DNA of 63,890 bases, filler included, from Aduncisulcus paluster (taxonomy: Eukaryota), in assembly GCA_024181965.1 (NCBI GenBank). It is 9 parts of 9 records of this genome, joined end to end, with 100 filler letters (N's around TTAATTAATTAA, not from the genome) between each part and the next. Parts side by side here need not be neighbours in the genome. Positions count along the whole stretch, not along the records: positions 48,085 to 58,669 come from BQXS01012282.1; positions 58,770 to 63,890 come from BQXS01012285.1; 7 more parts are not named here. One strand, given 5' to 3'. Positions 48,085 through 61,807 of this stretch are shown in pieces. Both the position numbers and the translations under genes were made by a program. Position 1 is the first letter of the stretch; the number at the start of each line of letters is the position of its first letter. Below the pieces are notes generated by a model. The model worked only from the letters and a program-made list of their open reading frames with translations. It had not been told where the DNA came from and made no database searches.

Positions 48085-51000
48085 CAGATATTGATTGATG
48101 GAATCAAAGAAGGGAACAAAGTCGTTTTGATTTGACGTTGATAAGGCTTTCCAAGGTTGGAAAACATCACCATGAAGGAGGAAATGAAGCCCTTCATTGG
48201 CAGAATAAGCAATGGGAGGCAACGAGTAAGGAGCAGCCAATGAATCTGACACTTCCTGGGACAATATTTGGACTTGTTGCCGATATACTCCATCAATAAC
48301 ATCAGACACCCCGTGGACATTCTTCATACTCTCAATATCTTGAGCAACAGTTTCCACGAAGGAGGCAGTGTCCTCATCACATAATAACGAGCTACTGATC
48401 GGTTCGATTATCCCACGATCAAGGATGGAGGCCGGAGGAGTGATTCCAGAGTATTGCGTTGTGTTCCTTGAGCACCGTAGCTTGAAGAGAGTGTCGAACA
48501 TATTGGGGGTATGTTTGAGTGAGACCCCAGTCCAGTTATCCATGTCGACATCCAACTCGAGCAACGATGAATTTCCATACGCAAGAAAAGAGACGAGATC
48601 TTGGAGATCAGAGAGGTCTGTGGCTGAGCTTGATTGAATCAGCAAGGGAGTGAAGTTATCAGAGTAATTTGAGAATCCTTTCCAATCATACGTGGTTGCC
48701 AAGATATCTGTGTCCAGAATCAGTGTATCAAGAGGAGCGCCGACAGAGGCATCATCTTGAACGTTTTTGATCTCAATCAAGAATCCCCACAAGGAATTGT
48801 TTGTAGCACTCACCCCACTATCCAGCACAGAGCTTAAGGAACCATAAGCGACCGCAGACGAGAGAAGCATGCCTTGTCCAGAACCTCTAGCTTTAAGACT
48901 AATGATGATGAAAGGAAGGACAATGGCTGTGACAGCAAAGATACCAAACATTATAATATACATCCCGCTATGTTTTCCTCTAGATTTCTCTGTCAGAGAA
49001 CGAGGCTTTTGCTTTAAGATGGGATGTGACATATTATACACTTCTTCTTCCTCTTTTTCCTCTTTTCCTTCCGTATCAGCATTCAACCTTTTACCCACAC
49101 TCAAAAGAATATACTTCTGCCATATTGTAGGAAGATTGGCCAAGTTTGTGATAATACCAGTGTGAATTCTTCCGGCGAAACCAACACCCATACTCACAAT
49201 GTACATCACAAGACATTCGACGATTATTGAGACAACGTTGCACACAAGCGAGAAGATAAAGAAGATCCGGATTCGATGCATGGAGTACTCGAGCATCAAT
49301 TCATTCGATTTCCATTGAATATCCTTGACCAGAGAAGAATTTCCTTGAATAAACAACGATTGGGAGTGGATAATAATATCAGCGATATCATCAATATAAT
49401 ATCCACTTATTTTGACCATCGAAGCCGACCCCAGAACTCCGTCCAAGATCACATTCTTATCAATAGGATCAGCAGTGTTATCGTGAAGCTCAAGTGCGAG
49501 GACAGACAGAGATGCTCCAATTCCATGAATGGACGAGAAGAACTCCGACAAGAAAGATGATGCACTCATTCGCACAGAGACTCCAGCACTGGAGGCAGCA
49601 GATGCATCTGTGTTTGAATATGAAAGGACATCCAGTGAAGTGGTGGAGAATAGATCAACAAGAGGACCTTCAAGAATACCACTGTTTGAAAAGTCATCGA
49701 GTTCATTGGCAAGACCTGCAACAACACTGGCGGCTTGCGATGTCAGAGTGTAGAGATCGGTATCGGAGATGGTGGACGGTGGCTCCGTGGAGGAAGCGAA
49801 TGGAGGATATAAAACATACTCGATATCAGAGATGGCATCAAGCACATTGTTCAGTCCACTCGAAATGTTTGACACATCTTCAGTGACAACGAGAGTCTTG
49901 GTGGCATTCTCTCCACCGCACAAGTCAAGTTGAGTCAGCAACACATAGAAACCGGCAGCAGCAGAGCCGTGCAGCTGTGCCAGGACACCCTCAAGGATAG
50001 CGATTGTGCTCAGAGAACTGGTGTCATGAGAATTGTATTCCTGGTCATCGATCAAAGATGATCCATCGTTGTCCATGACAGAAATAGCAGTGAGAAGTTG
50101 AATAGAATGCGAAAGAGACAGGGTAGACGAGAGAGAATGATTGAGAGTCGATGAAACGAGTGAGGTGACGGCATTGAAGGTTGTTGATACAGCTTTGACC
50201 TGGAATAAGAGAATAAATGTAACTACATATACAACAACAGTGACCAAAGACAGAGACAATGTGTATAACGTGTATTTCTTGATCCCACTAGTATTGGAAA
50301 GATTACGGACTTGTTCGATAACACTCTTACCGGCCCTTTTATCCGTCATTCCACCACCAGGACGGCGTGAGGACTTAAGAGGCAACATCAAGCGACCTGT
50401 AACCTCACCTTTAGACCCAGCAGTCAAAGGAATACCAGACTCATGGCTCATCCNNNNNNNNNNNNNNNNNNNNGAAACGAGTGAGGTGACGGCATTGAAG
50501 GTTGTTGATACAGCTTTGACCTGGAATAAGAGAATAAATGTAACTACATATACAACAACAGTGACCAAAGACAGAGACAATGTGTATAACGTGTATTTCT
50601 TGATCCCACTAGTATTTGAAAGATTACGGACTTGTTCGATAACACTCTTACCGGCCCTTTTATCCGTCATTCCACCACCAGGACGGCGTGAGGACTTAAG
50701 AGGCAACATCAAGCGACCTGTAACCTCACCTTTAGACCCAGCAGTCAAAGGAATACCAGACTCATGGCTCATCCTACGCATCTGATCTGGGTTGTGTCCT
50801 TCTGAGGATGATCGATCATCACGACTAAGACCCTCCATTCTTCCCGCAGAACTAACAGCGTCGTTGTGAGTATCGTAGTAGGTCAAACCTTTATGTTTTG
50901 AGTCATTCACGATATCTTGAGTGGCTGAAGGAGACACACCAGTCAGGGGACTCAGGCTCTCCATCGGTTGTGTGGATGACTTCTTGGAGGCTGACAACAC

Positions 51001-54000
51001 ATCAAGGGAAGGAACCACGGGAGTCTTGATCTTTGTTCCATCCACAACAAGGGTCATTCCTTGGTCGGATCGGGCAGACGACTGTGTACGGGCAGTAATG
51101 GTAGGCATGGATGTTGTGATGGGAATCTGATTTCCTGGATAATGGGTAAACTTAATATCGTGAATGCCATGACCACGATCGGATAAAGCACCACTTGCAG
51201 TTCGTTTTGCACCGGGTATGAGCTTAGCTGAAGATCCTTCGCGTTCAGTCATTGATCCACGTTTACCATGCATATCGGATGCCACAGAGCCCTTTCTCTT
51301 GAATCCTTTCTTTGAGGAAGAAGACAGAGATTTCTTAGATGTGGTATTTGAGGTTTGTTGAGCAATCGACGTTTCACTGCTACTTTTTTCCACAGCGAGA
51401 ACAGTAGCACCCTGTGATTGATCACTCATCTTACGAGTGCCTCTGAGATCAACAGATGTTGTTCCTGAAATTTCACGGGAGTATGACTCTTCTTGCTCAT
51501 CCTCTCTGACAGTGTTAAGATCTCTCTCAAATTGTTCACTCTTGCCGTCAGAATATGAATCATCAGACTCATCACCACTCACCTCATTACCCATGGCAAC
51601 AGTGTCAGCATTGCTCAGATGGGAACTAAGTGGGCGTTGAGACGACGGATGACGGTGGCGAGCCGTACTTCCACTTCGGCTACGACCGGTATGTCTGCCA
51701 CTCATTGGACCAGTCATATCGGCTCTCATATCGAAAACACCGCCAGTAACCGAACTCTCATCGCGGTCGCTCACATATTCATCTTCATCTTCCTCGTCTT
51801 CTTCATACATGCCTTCAACAGCACTAACTCCAAGCAGAGGGTGTGCTTCTATCTTGTCAGCAATGGAATTAAGGTTAGCAGCGCCACTTCTATCGTTCTT
51901 CAGGGTGCTTAGGAACATTCCATACCCTCGAAGAACTTCGGGAGAGTCTGGAAATCGAGCCAACAGTGTTGTATACATTCGTTCACTCTCCGTGAAGGTA
52001 TCATAAAGCAGTCTACAGTGAGCTCGAATCTGGTTCTCACTTCTGTGATGCAATACGGCTTGCCAGAGGGATATTAAATGACCTTGGGCACTTGTTAGTT
52101 GCTTTCCTGCGGTAGTTAATGACTTTTGAAGGTGTAGTCTGGCCAGTGCATCACCTCCATCACCTCCAAATCCAGCTCCTTGCTTTTCCTCATATGTCCT
52201 CTTCATCCACCAGAGTATGTACCACACATCAAGCTCAACAATATCACAAAAGAACGCATAAATGTACATGAATATACCACGAATGAAGGGGAAACTGCCC
52301 GATCTTTTCACGAGTCGGCCTGTCTTCCGATCTCTTTCTTCACTTTTCTTCCCAGTTAACACGTCAGCTTTGGTCCATCTCTTGGATCTGGCGATATCAT
52401 ATTGCTTTTGAGCTTTTGTGACAATGAAATAACTCCGCATGAGTTGATTGGAAAACATTAAAAGTGAAGCTTGGTGAAGAAGAACCCAGTAATTATCCTT
52501 AAACTTTGAGGCTAGAGCANNNNNNNNNNNNNNNNNNNNGAAACTGCCCGATCTTTTCACGAGTCGGCCTGTCTTCCGATCTCTTTCTTCACTTTTCTTC
52601 CCAGTTAACACGTCAGCTTTGGTCCATCTCTTGGATCTGGCGATATCATATTGCTTTTGAGCTTTTGTGACAATGAAATAACTCCGCATGAGTTGATTGG
52701 AAAACATTAAAAGTGAAGCTTGGTGAAGAAGAACCCAGTAATTATCCTTAAACTTTGAGGCTAGAGCAGAATTGTAGATGGATTCAGATCCAGCAACATC
52801 GTGTACAATCTCACGTTTTGCAACCAGGGACTTCTTACTGTTTTTGGAGCTAGCAGATTGCTCACTCAAGCTATGCTGAGGAGAATTGAGACTGCTATTT
52901 ACCTTAGTGGTTGATTGCCCGTTAACTTCCTGCAGAGATCCATAGCGAGACATTCCTTGGACGCGGGACTGATTAGCGGGGGATAAGAGATCTCCACGGT
53001 TATCTAATCCATCCTCGGATAGAACTTCTTTCATTTTATGCTCAACCCGGAGATTCAACACACTGATTCCAGCCAGACAGAGTCCAGATGCAGTGCTTAC
53101 TGAATTGACAACCTTTGACGGGCTTGGGGAAAGATTCCGCCAGTCTTCTTCCTTTCCTTCGTTATTATTTGAGTATTCGTCGTATCCATACCCATCGTAG
53201 GAATCAGCGTCACCTGTGTTCATTCCACGACCGACTTCTCCGTACAGATTGGATGAAGAACTCTTTGAATCTTCCTCCTCTTCCTCCTCTTCTTCTTCCT
53301 CGCCATCATATTTATCGATCTTTGAGGTGGCAGTATTCTCAAGGTCATCACCATGCATTGCTGAACCTTTGTCGTCATGGACATTGACTCCAGCGACCAT
53401 TTTTGGAGATATAAGGACTCCATGATCATCGCTGACACTGTGAAAGCTACCAGGATCATCTGCATCGCTCCCAATGCTCTCGCTATGTCCGTGGCTTATA
53501 CTGTCTGGATCGTGAGTGTGCTCGGAGGTTGATGGAGAATGTTCAACCAGATCGGAATCTTCTCCCTGAATATGGGCTCCTGGGTGACTCTGACTACCTT
53601 TCGTACTATCACTACTTTCACTTGATCTTCTTCCACTCTTAACCTCTGCAATTCTACCCTTCTTGGGCTTACTTCCAGGGTTGTCTTCATCCGAAGAGTG
53701 GGGAAGAGACCAAGTCGATGAACGTTCCTCGTGTCTTGCTTCTGGTTGGGCGTGTTCACTATGACTATCACGTCTTCCACTCCCTCTGAGTTTCCTTAAA
53801 TCGCTATCAGAGTGTGAACCAAGGAGATCATCGTCCCCGACACTTTCCACATCAGCAAAGTCAATGGTGCTTTGGATCATCTGGTCTGCATCACCCGATT
53901 GAGCAATCATAACATTGGACATGCCCCCGATAAGGGCCTGGGTCTGGGGCATCGAAGGAGGAACATCCCGAGCAGAAGAATTTGTCGAATGATGGGAACG

Positions 54001-55137
54001 GCCACTATCTTTTCTAGCTGAGCCATCATTCGAGGCCATATATTTACCATGACGACCTTTCCTTTCCTTCACCATGTTCTCGGGCTTTTCTTTCTCTTTT
54101 TGCTTTTCCTCTCTTTGCATCCTTTTCTTCTCTCTATCACGTCGATATACCACTCGAAGCTCATTTCGAAGACCCCAAGTGATTAGGCCACACACTGCCG
54201 AAGAGATACAGGCCAATAGAACAAACAGAAGAACCTGGATCCACTGGCTGAGAGAACCGAAGAAATGGTCGGCAAGAAAACTACAAATGGCAAGACCAAG
54301 GCCAAATCCAAATAATGCACTCCGCAAAACAGCAATCCAGCTTCGATAGTAGGCCTGGAACCGAGCGAGTGCGACAACCATGAGGAAAAGAACGACGATA
54401 ATAATAATATGCTGGATTGTTCTATTGACAACGAAGCCAGTGATGAGGGTAAGAACAAGTTTCAAACAAAGTAATATGAGGTCTACACGACTGTGAGGTC
54501 TTGCTAAAGGATTCGAATTAAAATCATATGCAGTAAATGTTGCAGTGAATAAAAATGCAAGAGCTGTGAATAAAATTGAAGTAATATAACTAAATATCGT
54601 GAGGACAATGGGACCAGTCGTCAAATCCATCATCATAGGATATTTTACCATACATGTTAACAGAGGAATGAAAAACGCTGTGGCGAAGAAGGTCGCTGAA
54701 ATTCTGAGGATATTAATAAGAAATAATGGAAATTCTGAGTCTCCATAAAGCCGGATCATTGCTATGGACAATAAAATAAATACCAGCCACACAATTATAA
54801 GAGACCCAATAATATTATATAAAATCGCTCCTTCACCGCCTATAGGTTCCTTTGTAAAGCGAGTCCAAGTAATTATAGTTGCAACCTGTTTAATTCCTTC
54901 GGGTAAATCAAAATCCGAAGAAATCGCGAAGGAGGCCAACTGCAAGAAATCAATAAATATCAAAAATAATGTAATAAATGAAAAGGCTCTATTTTCTAAA
55001 GATTATTGTAAGATAAACAAATGTCAATAGGGAGATAACGAAAATCGGAGCGAATACATACCTTTTGTGAGTGTAAACACCAAAGTGAACAATGAATTTT
55101 CAATTGTATCACGTGGAGAAACGATCTTATTTGCCAT
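48085..55137 (-). CDS. TmcB/TmcC-like large multi-pass membrane protein (intron 54996-55061; gap duplications; 3' truncated)
   Basis: N-terminal TM bundle (IDFLQL, ARPHSRVD, QAYYR); TPR-like YTTLLARFPDSPEVLRGYGMFL; further TM segments. Confidence 0.7.
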
Positions 55138-55471
55138 GATATATTTTGTCCTCCAAATACAAGGAAAAACTCCGATTGGTCATTTTGGTGTTATTTTTGT
55201 ACATTCAACTTATCCAGGAGTAATCGGTTTGAAATTGGTCTATACCACATTGAATGAATTTGACACCTCTTTTTCCTTGTGTTTAATCAATGGAACAAGC
55301 TGGAATGACAAAATTATTTTTTCAACAAAATCTAAGCATCAATTAAGATTTTAAAAGATATTCGATTCTATTAATTCAATGATATAATCAAATTAATTCT
55401 TAAATCATTTGGTAATCTTATTTTAAGTTAGATTAGAATAATGATTGATTTCTTTGGGATTCTTCAAATCA

Positions 55472-56458
55472 ATGGAGGCCATTATTGAAGATATTGAAGA
55501 TTTATTAAACGATAATGAATATTATGAAGCCCAACAACTCGTCTTCACGTGGGCTCCTAGACACAAAAAAAAATATGGTGCTCATGCGCTTCTCCTTCCT
55601 CTCCAAGAGATTACTTCTCTTTTTCTTAAACATGGAATTGAAGCTGCACTTAGTTCAACAAATGTATTTAGAGAATATATCAATATTTTGCTAGAAATAG
55701 AGGAAACTGAGAACAAGGAGAATATGGCCTTTATTTTGTCCGTTTCGAAAAAATTATACCAACTCCATTGTTTACATGAAAAAGAAACCAAGAAATTGAT
55801 ATCTCATGAAACTCATCTCGATCTGATGTCAATTCGAAGCGAAGGATATAAATGTATGCAAATTGTTTTAAAATGGTCCGGTAAATTTGGAGCTTTTCCA
55901 TCTGGACACCCACTATTCCATGCAGCAGCGGCGGTTTTATATTGTGGCCGGGAATTATCAGAGAATGTGGTCAATCATTATGTTCGCGGTGATTGTGGGA
56001 AAAATCTCGCCATTCGAATGATTGAAATTGAGGGAGAATCACACGAAAGAATTGAAAAACTCGGATCAAGAGTTGAAAAGAAACGAGAGTTGGATGAAGC
56101 TGCTAAATTGAATGCTCTTTCATTCTGTCGTGCCTGTCTTTCTTGTGCTATTATGGGAAGTATTAAAGTACCAATGGACGCATTATCCGTTTATTTTGAA
56201 CATGTCATACCCTCAAAAGCACATCCTTTAATGATATTCACAAGGCAACTTCTCAAAACGAGTGCTGTCGGAAGTTCTCGGGTGTTTAAGCTCCTTAAAG
56301 TGAAATGGAAATCCATTATTGGAGAAATACGTGATGATCAGGGAAAAGGAATAATGTCACTTGTTGATGAACTTGGTGTATTATATTGTCATCAAGAAAA
56401 ACCACAAGATAATGGGAATATGCTTCAGAATATGTTTCAAACATTGATGGGTGTATAG
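55472..56458 (+). CDS. GET4: Golgi-to-ER traffic protein 4
   Basis: YYEAQQL; LKWSGKFGAFPSGHPLFH; HPLMIF; C-terminal NMLQNMFQTLMG. Confidence 0.75.
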   Translation: MEAIIEDIEDLLNDNEYYEAQQLVFTWAPRHKKKYGAHALLLPLQEITSLFLKHGIEAALSSTNVFREYINILLEIEETENKENMAFILSVSKKLYQLHCLHEKETKKLISHETHLDLMSIRSEGYKCMQIVLKWSGKFGAFPSGHPLFHAAAAVLYCGRELSENVVNHYVRGDCGKNLAIRMIEIEGESHERIEKLGSRVEKKRELDEAAKLNALSFCRACLSCAIMGSIKVPMDALSVYFEHVIPSKAHPLMIFTRQLLKTSAVGSSRVFKLLKVKWKSIIGEIRDDQGKGIMSLVDELGVLYCHQEKPQDNGNMLQNMFQTLMGV

Positions 56459-57116
56459 AATAGTATATTAGTAAAGATATCAGACCCCATGACCAGAGAA
56501 GCAATAAAAGCTCTCTCTAAGAGCTATAAATAGAACCGAAGACACATTGATTATGGGGCTGATACTAGACAGGGCCACTCCTGTCTCGAGCAGAAGGAGA
56601 GTCAAGAACCCCACCCAGTTGGGCGAACTCCCACAGACCGAAGTCCTGGGATCGCGATCGTCATAAAATGACATTACTTGGGATTATTATCCATAACTCA
56701 AAAGAAAAACTACATCAGTAGAATAGAGATTTTTCAGGAAAGGTTCTAAAGGGCTGATAATTTTCTTTTCGGCACAAAAGCAGAGTTTTTCCGTCATATT
56801 AACAAAGTTTTATGGCTGATGAATCGATTGCCAATCTGAGTGAGCCAACAATGCGACTTTCTATTATTCGTGCAAGAGATGCTGCAAGAACTGGTACCAT
56901 TATAGTTCATGCTCAATATATATGCCGAGGAACCCAGATAAAAGACCAAATTTTATCGATGATGAAAGATACAGAATCTGTATTACAGATCAAAAGTTCT
57001 CTTATGATATTAATAGATGGCAAAAGATTGCCAAACCACCATGGTCCGACTACCTACAAGTAGGATATAAGTACCGATGCGAAAAAATAGTATAACTAAG
57101 GAGAAAAGGCTGGCAA

Positions 57117-57268
57117 AAATATTTTAGTCCAAGAATAGGAATATTATATGCAGCTGAATAGTCCCTATTGCCTTCAAAACCACACTTTCCACACTTTCTC
57201 GTGCGCCTTTTTTCATCGACCGTTGACAATTCATTGTGGCAATAGGGACACAACTTGGACGTATGGTA
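57117..57268 (-). pseudogene. Fanzor/TnpB C-terminal remnant
   Basis: YHTSKLCPYC..RKCGKCGFEGNRDYSAAYNI..LG aligns with the C-terminus of the intact Fanzor; no upstream homology seen. Confidence 0.75.
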
Positions 57269-58067
57269 TTTTAAAAAAAGAGTAGGGGCTTTTCTTTGGA
57301 ACTTCCAATATTGAAGCAGAGATTTGCCATCAAATAAAAGTATCGAGGCATGAAACAGTTCTTTCTTCCAATAATTTGAAATTAGTTTATAACTGTGAAG
57401 TTTCAACTGCAACTTATCATATTTTGAAACTTTATAGTCGAATATGTAAACAGATGTGTGCGAGTTATGAAACGATAACAGGTCTTACCATAGAATAGAA
57501 CACGGAAACACCAAAAACATCATAAAACCGAGACAATGGATAATCTCAAGGAGTCGTTGTAATTCATGGATTACTAAATGAACTTGGCATCATGAAGGGG
57601 AACTTTATAATTCGATGTGCTGGCAAATCTCGGGAAATAGGAAACGATTTTGTGTCGAGAAAATAAAGCTTTGTCAGGAGTGGACTCACAATGATGCCAT
57701 GTCAATACATGATCTAAAGAAAATGTTCATATAATTTTATTTATATATTACACGATATCACTCTCTGAGATTGCCAATAGGGGGTTGTGTGTTCGCTCAG
57801 CAGCTTTTCCTTCGTTGAAACTAATTATAGATTTGCTGTATGTCATATCTTTTATTAAATGTGCATTAAGACATATTTTAATCGGTGTCATTCCATTATA
57901 CTTACTATATTGTGCTGTGTGGTCGTTTCTTGTACGTTCTTGTTCGATGTGTCTTTGTTTATCGGATTGTTCTCCTTGAAAATCGCAATCGTTCTGTTTG
58001 TTCATAATTACTATTATTATTCTGCTTGTTTTTATTCTTTTAGATAAGATATTCTATCTCTATTCAA

Positions 58068-58669
58068 ATGAGTTCATCAACAGGTGCAATTAATCAAACT
58101 TTAGAACCTGAGTTTGTTCACGAAGGAGGTTGGGATTGTTGTCCAATTCCTAGCGATGCTCCCAATATTAAGAATGCAGAGTTTCCGACAGAATATTATA
58201 CTACCACAGCAATTGATGGAACCAAGGAAGAAAGTGATGAATATGTGTACGATCAAAGTTTTAATGCACAAAAGATGATGAAAGGAGAGTGGAATGATGG
58301 ACATTTTACCCGTATTTCTATTCCTTTCTCTTCCTCTTCCCCAATGAAAGGTGCCTATATCTGTCTATCAAGCTATTCACCTCCATCACACCTTATCTTC
58401 ACTCTCACATCTTCAAGAGGTGAGAAAACATCCAAGAAATACGAGTTTCCTGAATTTGAAGAGTATCATTGGTATTTCCTTCCTGTTGATCTCCCTGATG
58501 TTGTTTTGTGTGAGATTACAGGGAAAGGAAGAGAGGAAGAGTATTTTGGAATCAAATCCCTTGTTTTCATTAGTAGAGAAGAAACATCTGAGGAAACCAT
58601 TGTCCGTGAAGCCAGAGAGAAACTATGGTCTGAAGCTCCAGTTGTAAAACCAGAGTTTGTTAAGGAAGG
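58068..58669 (+). CDS. Member of a lineage-expanded hypothetical family (truncated)
   Basis: ISIPFSSSSPMKGAYICL..HWYFLPVDL resembles the C-terminal domain of 46302-47984 (FQLSSPLSIEGIYLC..EWHYLDIDL). Confidence 0.6.
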
Positions 58670-58769
58670 NNNNNNNNNNNNNNNNNNNNNNNNNNNNNNN
58701 NNNNNNNNNNNNNTTAATTAATTAANNNNNNNNNNNNNNNNNNNNNNNNNNNNNNNNNNNNNNNNNNNN

Positions 58770-58965
58770 TAGTCAGTACCGTCCTGCCGACACCGATATT
58801 CGTGAGTCACTGAAACTCACTGCGGATGATGTGGATGCGATTGTTGGCGAGAAGATGACGGGAGATGGAGGAACGTTCACCATTGGGCATTTTATCAACA
58901 ATATTCTCAGACTCGAGGAAGAAATGGATAAGGTTGGGGGTCTTGATGATGAATACATGGAATAG
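58770..58965 (+). CDS. 3' fragment of a protein (possibly EF-hand-like)
   Basis: Open frame SQYRPAD..LTADDVDAIVGEKMTGDGGTFTIGHFINNI..YME-stop from the contig edge. Confidence 0.4.
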
Positions 58966-59569
58966 TATCAATATAAAAGCTTTCATAGACAACTTATTCA
59001 ACATCCATGTTATGTTGAACACAATTGCCAATGTTGAGTAACTGAGTATTGAATTATTCGAGGATTCTAATCTTTGAATCATTATTCAATAATGATTATT
59101 GTATTCTCTCTCTTCCTTTCTATTTCATTTCAGACAATTATATTACACACATCATTATATATGGTATAAATATACATCCAACCTGACACTTATTCAGTTT
59201 GTTTCTTTAAATTTTTATTAGACTTGAGATTCTATTGCACTCACTTTGTTCTTGAGAGCGTGAAACACAAGGACTGTGTTGGACAACAACTTGTTGGGCT
59301 GCTCTCACGCTCAGCGACTTTCTGACAGCTTGTCAATAGAATAAAATTAGATATCAATGTAAGATCTGACAAAGATCAATAAAACAAAAGAGATTGGTTC
59401 ATATCAAATACAGATCTCACCGTGAATTGTGTGAATAATACAAAAACATAGAAATATTGAAGTGGACCACAGTTTCGAAATAGAAAAAAATAAAATAAAG
59501 ATCCAAGGTGATGATCAAAACAATAAGAATCTTCATAAGAAGAGGTTATTTCCGATGCGAGATTCCAAT

Positions 59570-61596
59570 TTACACTGGCACGTAGCCTCCCTTGGATTTC
59601 TTCAAAGATAATAGAGTTAAGATGAGAAGAACAATGAAACCGACAATGGAAACGGAAGTAATGATCCATGCAATGATCATGGGTGCGTTACTACTGGAAT
59701 CCTTCTTGGGATGATCATTCTTCATAGAGCTGAATGCATTTACAATAGAAGATAGGGAACTTTCCGGACCGACAGCAGTAATGTACTTCTTGTTGTTCAC
59801 TTCACACACCGTCACAGGTTTGACCGTTGAATAAGAAGTGATTGATTTGTTCGTGATATAGTTGACGGCAAAATCAGTTGTTGAAACGGGACAAACAGTC
59901 AAAACACCGGCAGCTGCCAAATGCTCGACAGCTTCACCAATTGCAATAACATGATTAGCATTAGCAATCATTCCAAAGACGTTGGGGTCACTTCTGAAGG
60001 TAGTGTTGGCCCAGACTCCACTCGGGATGACCAAGATTTCAGGAGTTGGCTTGTCAGTGAATAGAGCATCACAAAAAACGTAAGCAATGGGAATCATACC
60101 ATTCTTAAACTCTTGACGATCAACGTAATCTCCATCAAGAACCCATGGGCAATATACACTGACGTTGGCACCGTTTTTAGTGAAGGCATCGTAGAAATAA
60201 GCATACTCGTTCCATGAAGCACCACGAGAAGCAATGATACCAACGGACATCCCTTCAACNNNNNNNNNNNNNNNNNNNNATTAGCAATCATTCCAAAGAC
60301 GTTGGGGTCACTTCTGAAGGTAGTGTTGGCCCAGACTCCACTCGGGATGACCAAGATTTCAGGAGTTGGCTTGTCAGTGAATAGAGCATCACAAAAAACG
60401 TAAGCAATGGGAATCATACCATTCTTAAACTCTTGACGATCAACGTAATCTCCATCAAGAACCCATGGGCAATATACACTGACGTTGGCACCGTTTTTAG
60501 TGAAGGCATCGTAGAAATAAGCATACTCGTTCCATGAAGCACCACGAGAAGCAATGATACCAACGGACATCCCTTCAACAGAACCATCCAAATCAGCAAT
60601 GTCAAGAGTTTTATAGTAGTCAGTATCACCAAAAGTAAACTCACCATACATCTCGGACAGATCGTTGGGACAATCAACGAAAACATTAGAATAGTCATTG
60701 ATATAGGCGTAAGGGTCAGAATCGGATAAGTCTTCAGTGATTCCAGTGAGGGCATAACCAATGGACTGAGTCCAGACACTGTGTGCAGTTGGATCATGAC
60801 CAATAACGTAGGCATTTTCTCTCTTAACAGTACCATTTTCAGAATAATCATGCATAACAACCAAATCAGACAAAATATAATCCATTCCTCCATCAATTAA
60901 TACCTGAGCACTCGTTGGAGATCCAGCAGTGGTGATATCAGAAGAATCGTTAAGGAAGGAACAGTTCACACTGACACAGATTTCAGAACCTATAAAAATA
61001 GTACAAAAAAAAAAAAAAAAAAAACAAATAAATTTTTATATCATCAAAAAACTCCATATTTTTTTCAAATAAATGCATAAAAAGAACATACCAGCACAAA
61101 TAGGGGCGAAAACTTTTGGAGAACCATTTCCCAACGTAGTCATGAATGCATTCATACCATCAATAATGTAGCTATCATTCCTAAGGTAATAAATTCCAGC
61201 TCCACCAGGAACAATCATAATGTCATAAGAAGTCCAGTCATTTTCGCTGAGAGTGTCAGCAGCAATGCAAGGAATAATCCATGTGGGTTTCGTATAATCA
61301 CCTGCAAGTGCTTCTGTTTGTCCAGCAGGGCAAATAATATCGATATCAGCACCTCTCATGGCTAAATATGTATAAGGGAACAAAACTTCAATATCTTCAA
61401 CATAATTAGCGATAGTAATAGCAGCTTTCATCCCGTTGAACATTGAACCGTCCGTAACCTCTGGCAGAGTCTGGGTGTAGTGAGTTCCCATGGGAACAAG
61501 GTCGAGAGTCGTAGCACGGATAATATCTTCGCTAACAGCAACAGAAAATACGATTAATCCAAAGATTAAGAGACAAAAAGAGACTTTTTGGAGCAT
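59570..61596 (-). CDS. Type I membrane protein with two DJ-1/PfpI-like domains (intron 60990-61091)
   Basis: Signal peptide; AAITIANYVEDIE, YDIMIVPGG, APICAG; second domain ILVIPSG; C-terminal TM and a KGGYVPV tail. Confidence 0.75.
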
Positions 61597-61807
61597 TATT
61601 TTTCAATCGTCAAGAAAACGCAATTGTAGATAAGGTTCGAACAAACACAATAAAAAAATCATGATGATATTATCTGAAATTCCAAAGAAAAATAAGAAAA
61701 TTAATTTAATATCGATAATAATAGTAATAGTTAATATAAATAATAATAATAAAAATAATTTTATTGTATTAATTCGCGAAATAAAAAAATTCAAATCCCA
61801 TGATGAG

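Noticed and set aside
57015..57331. 9-bp inverted repeat GATGGCAAA/TTTGCCATC around the Fanzor remnant
   Set aside because: Too short and without a TSD; could be chance
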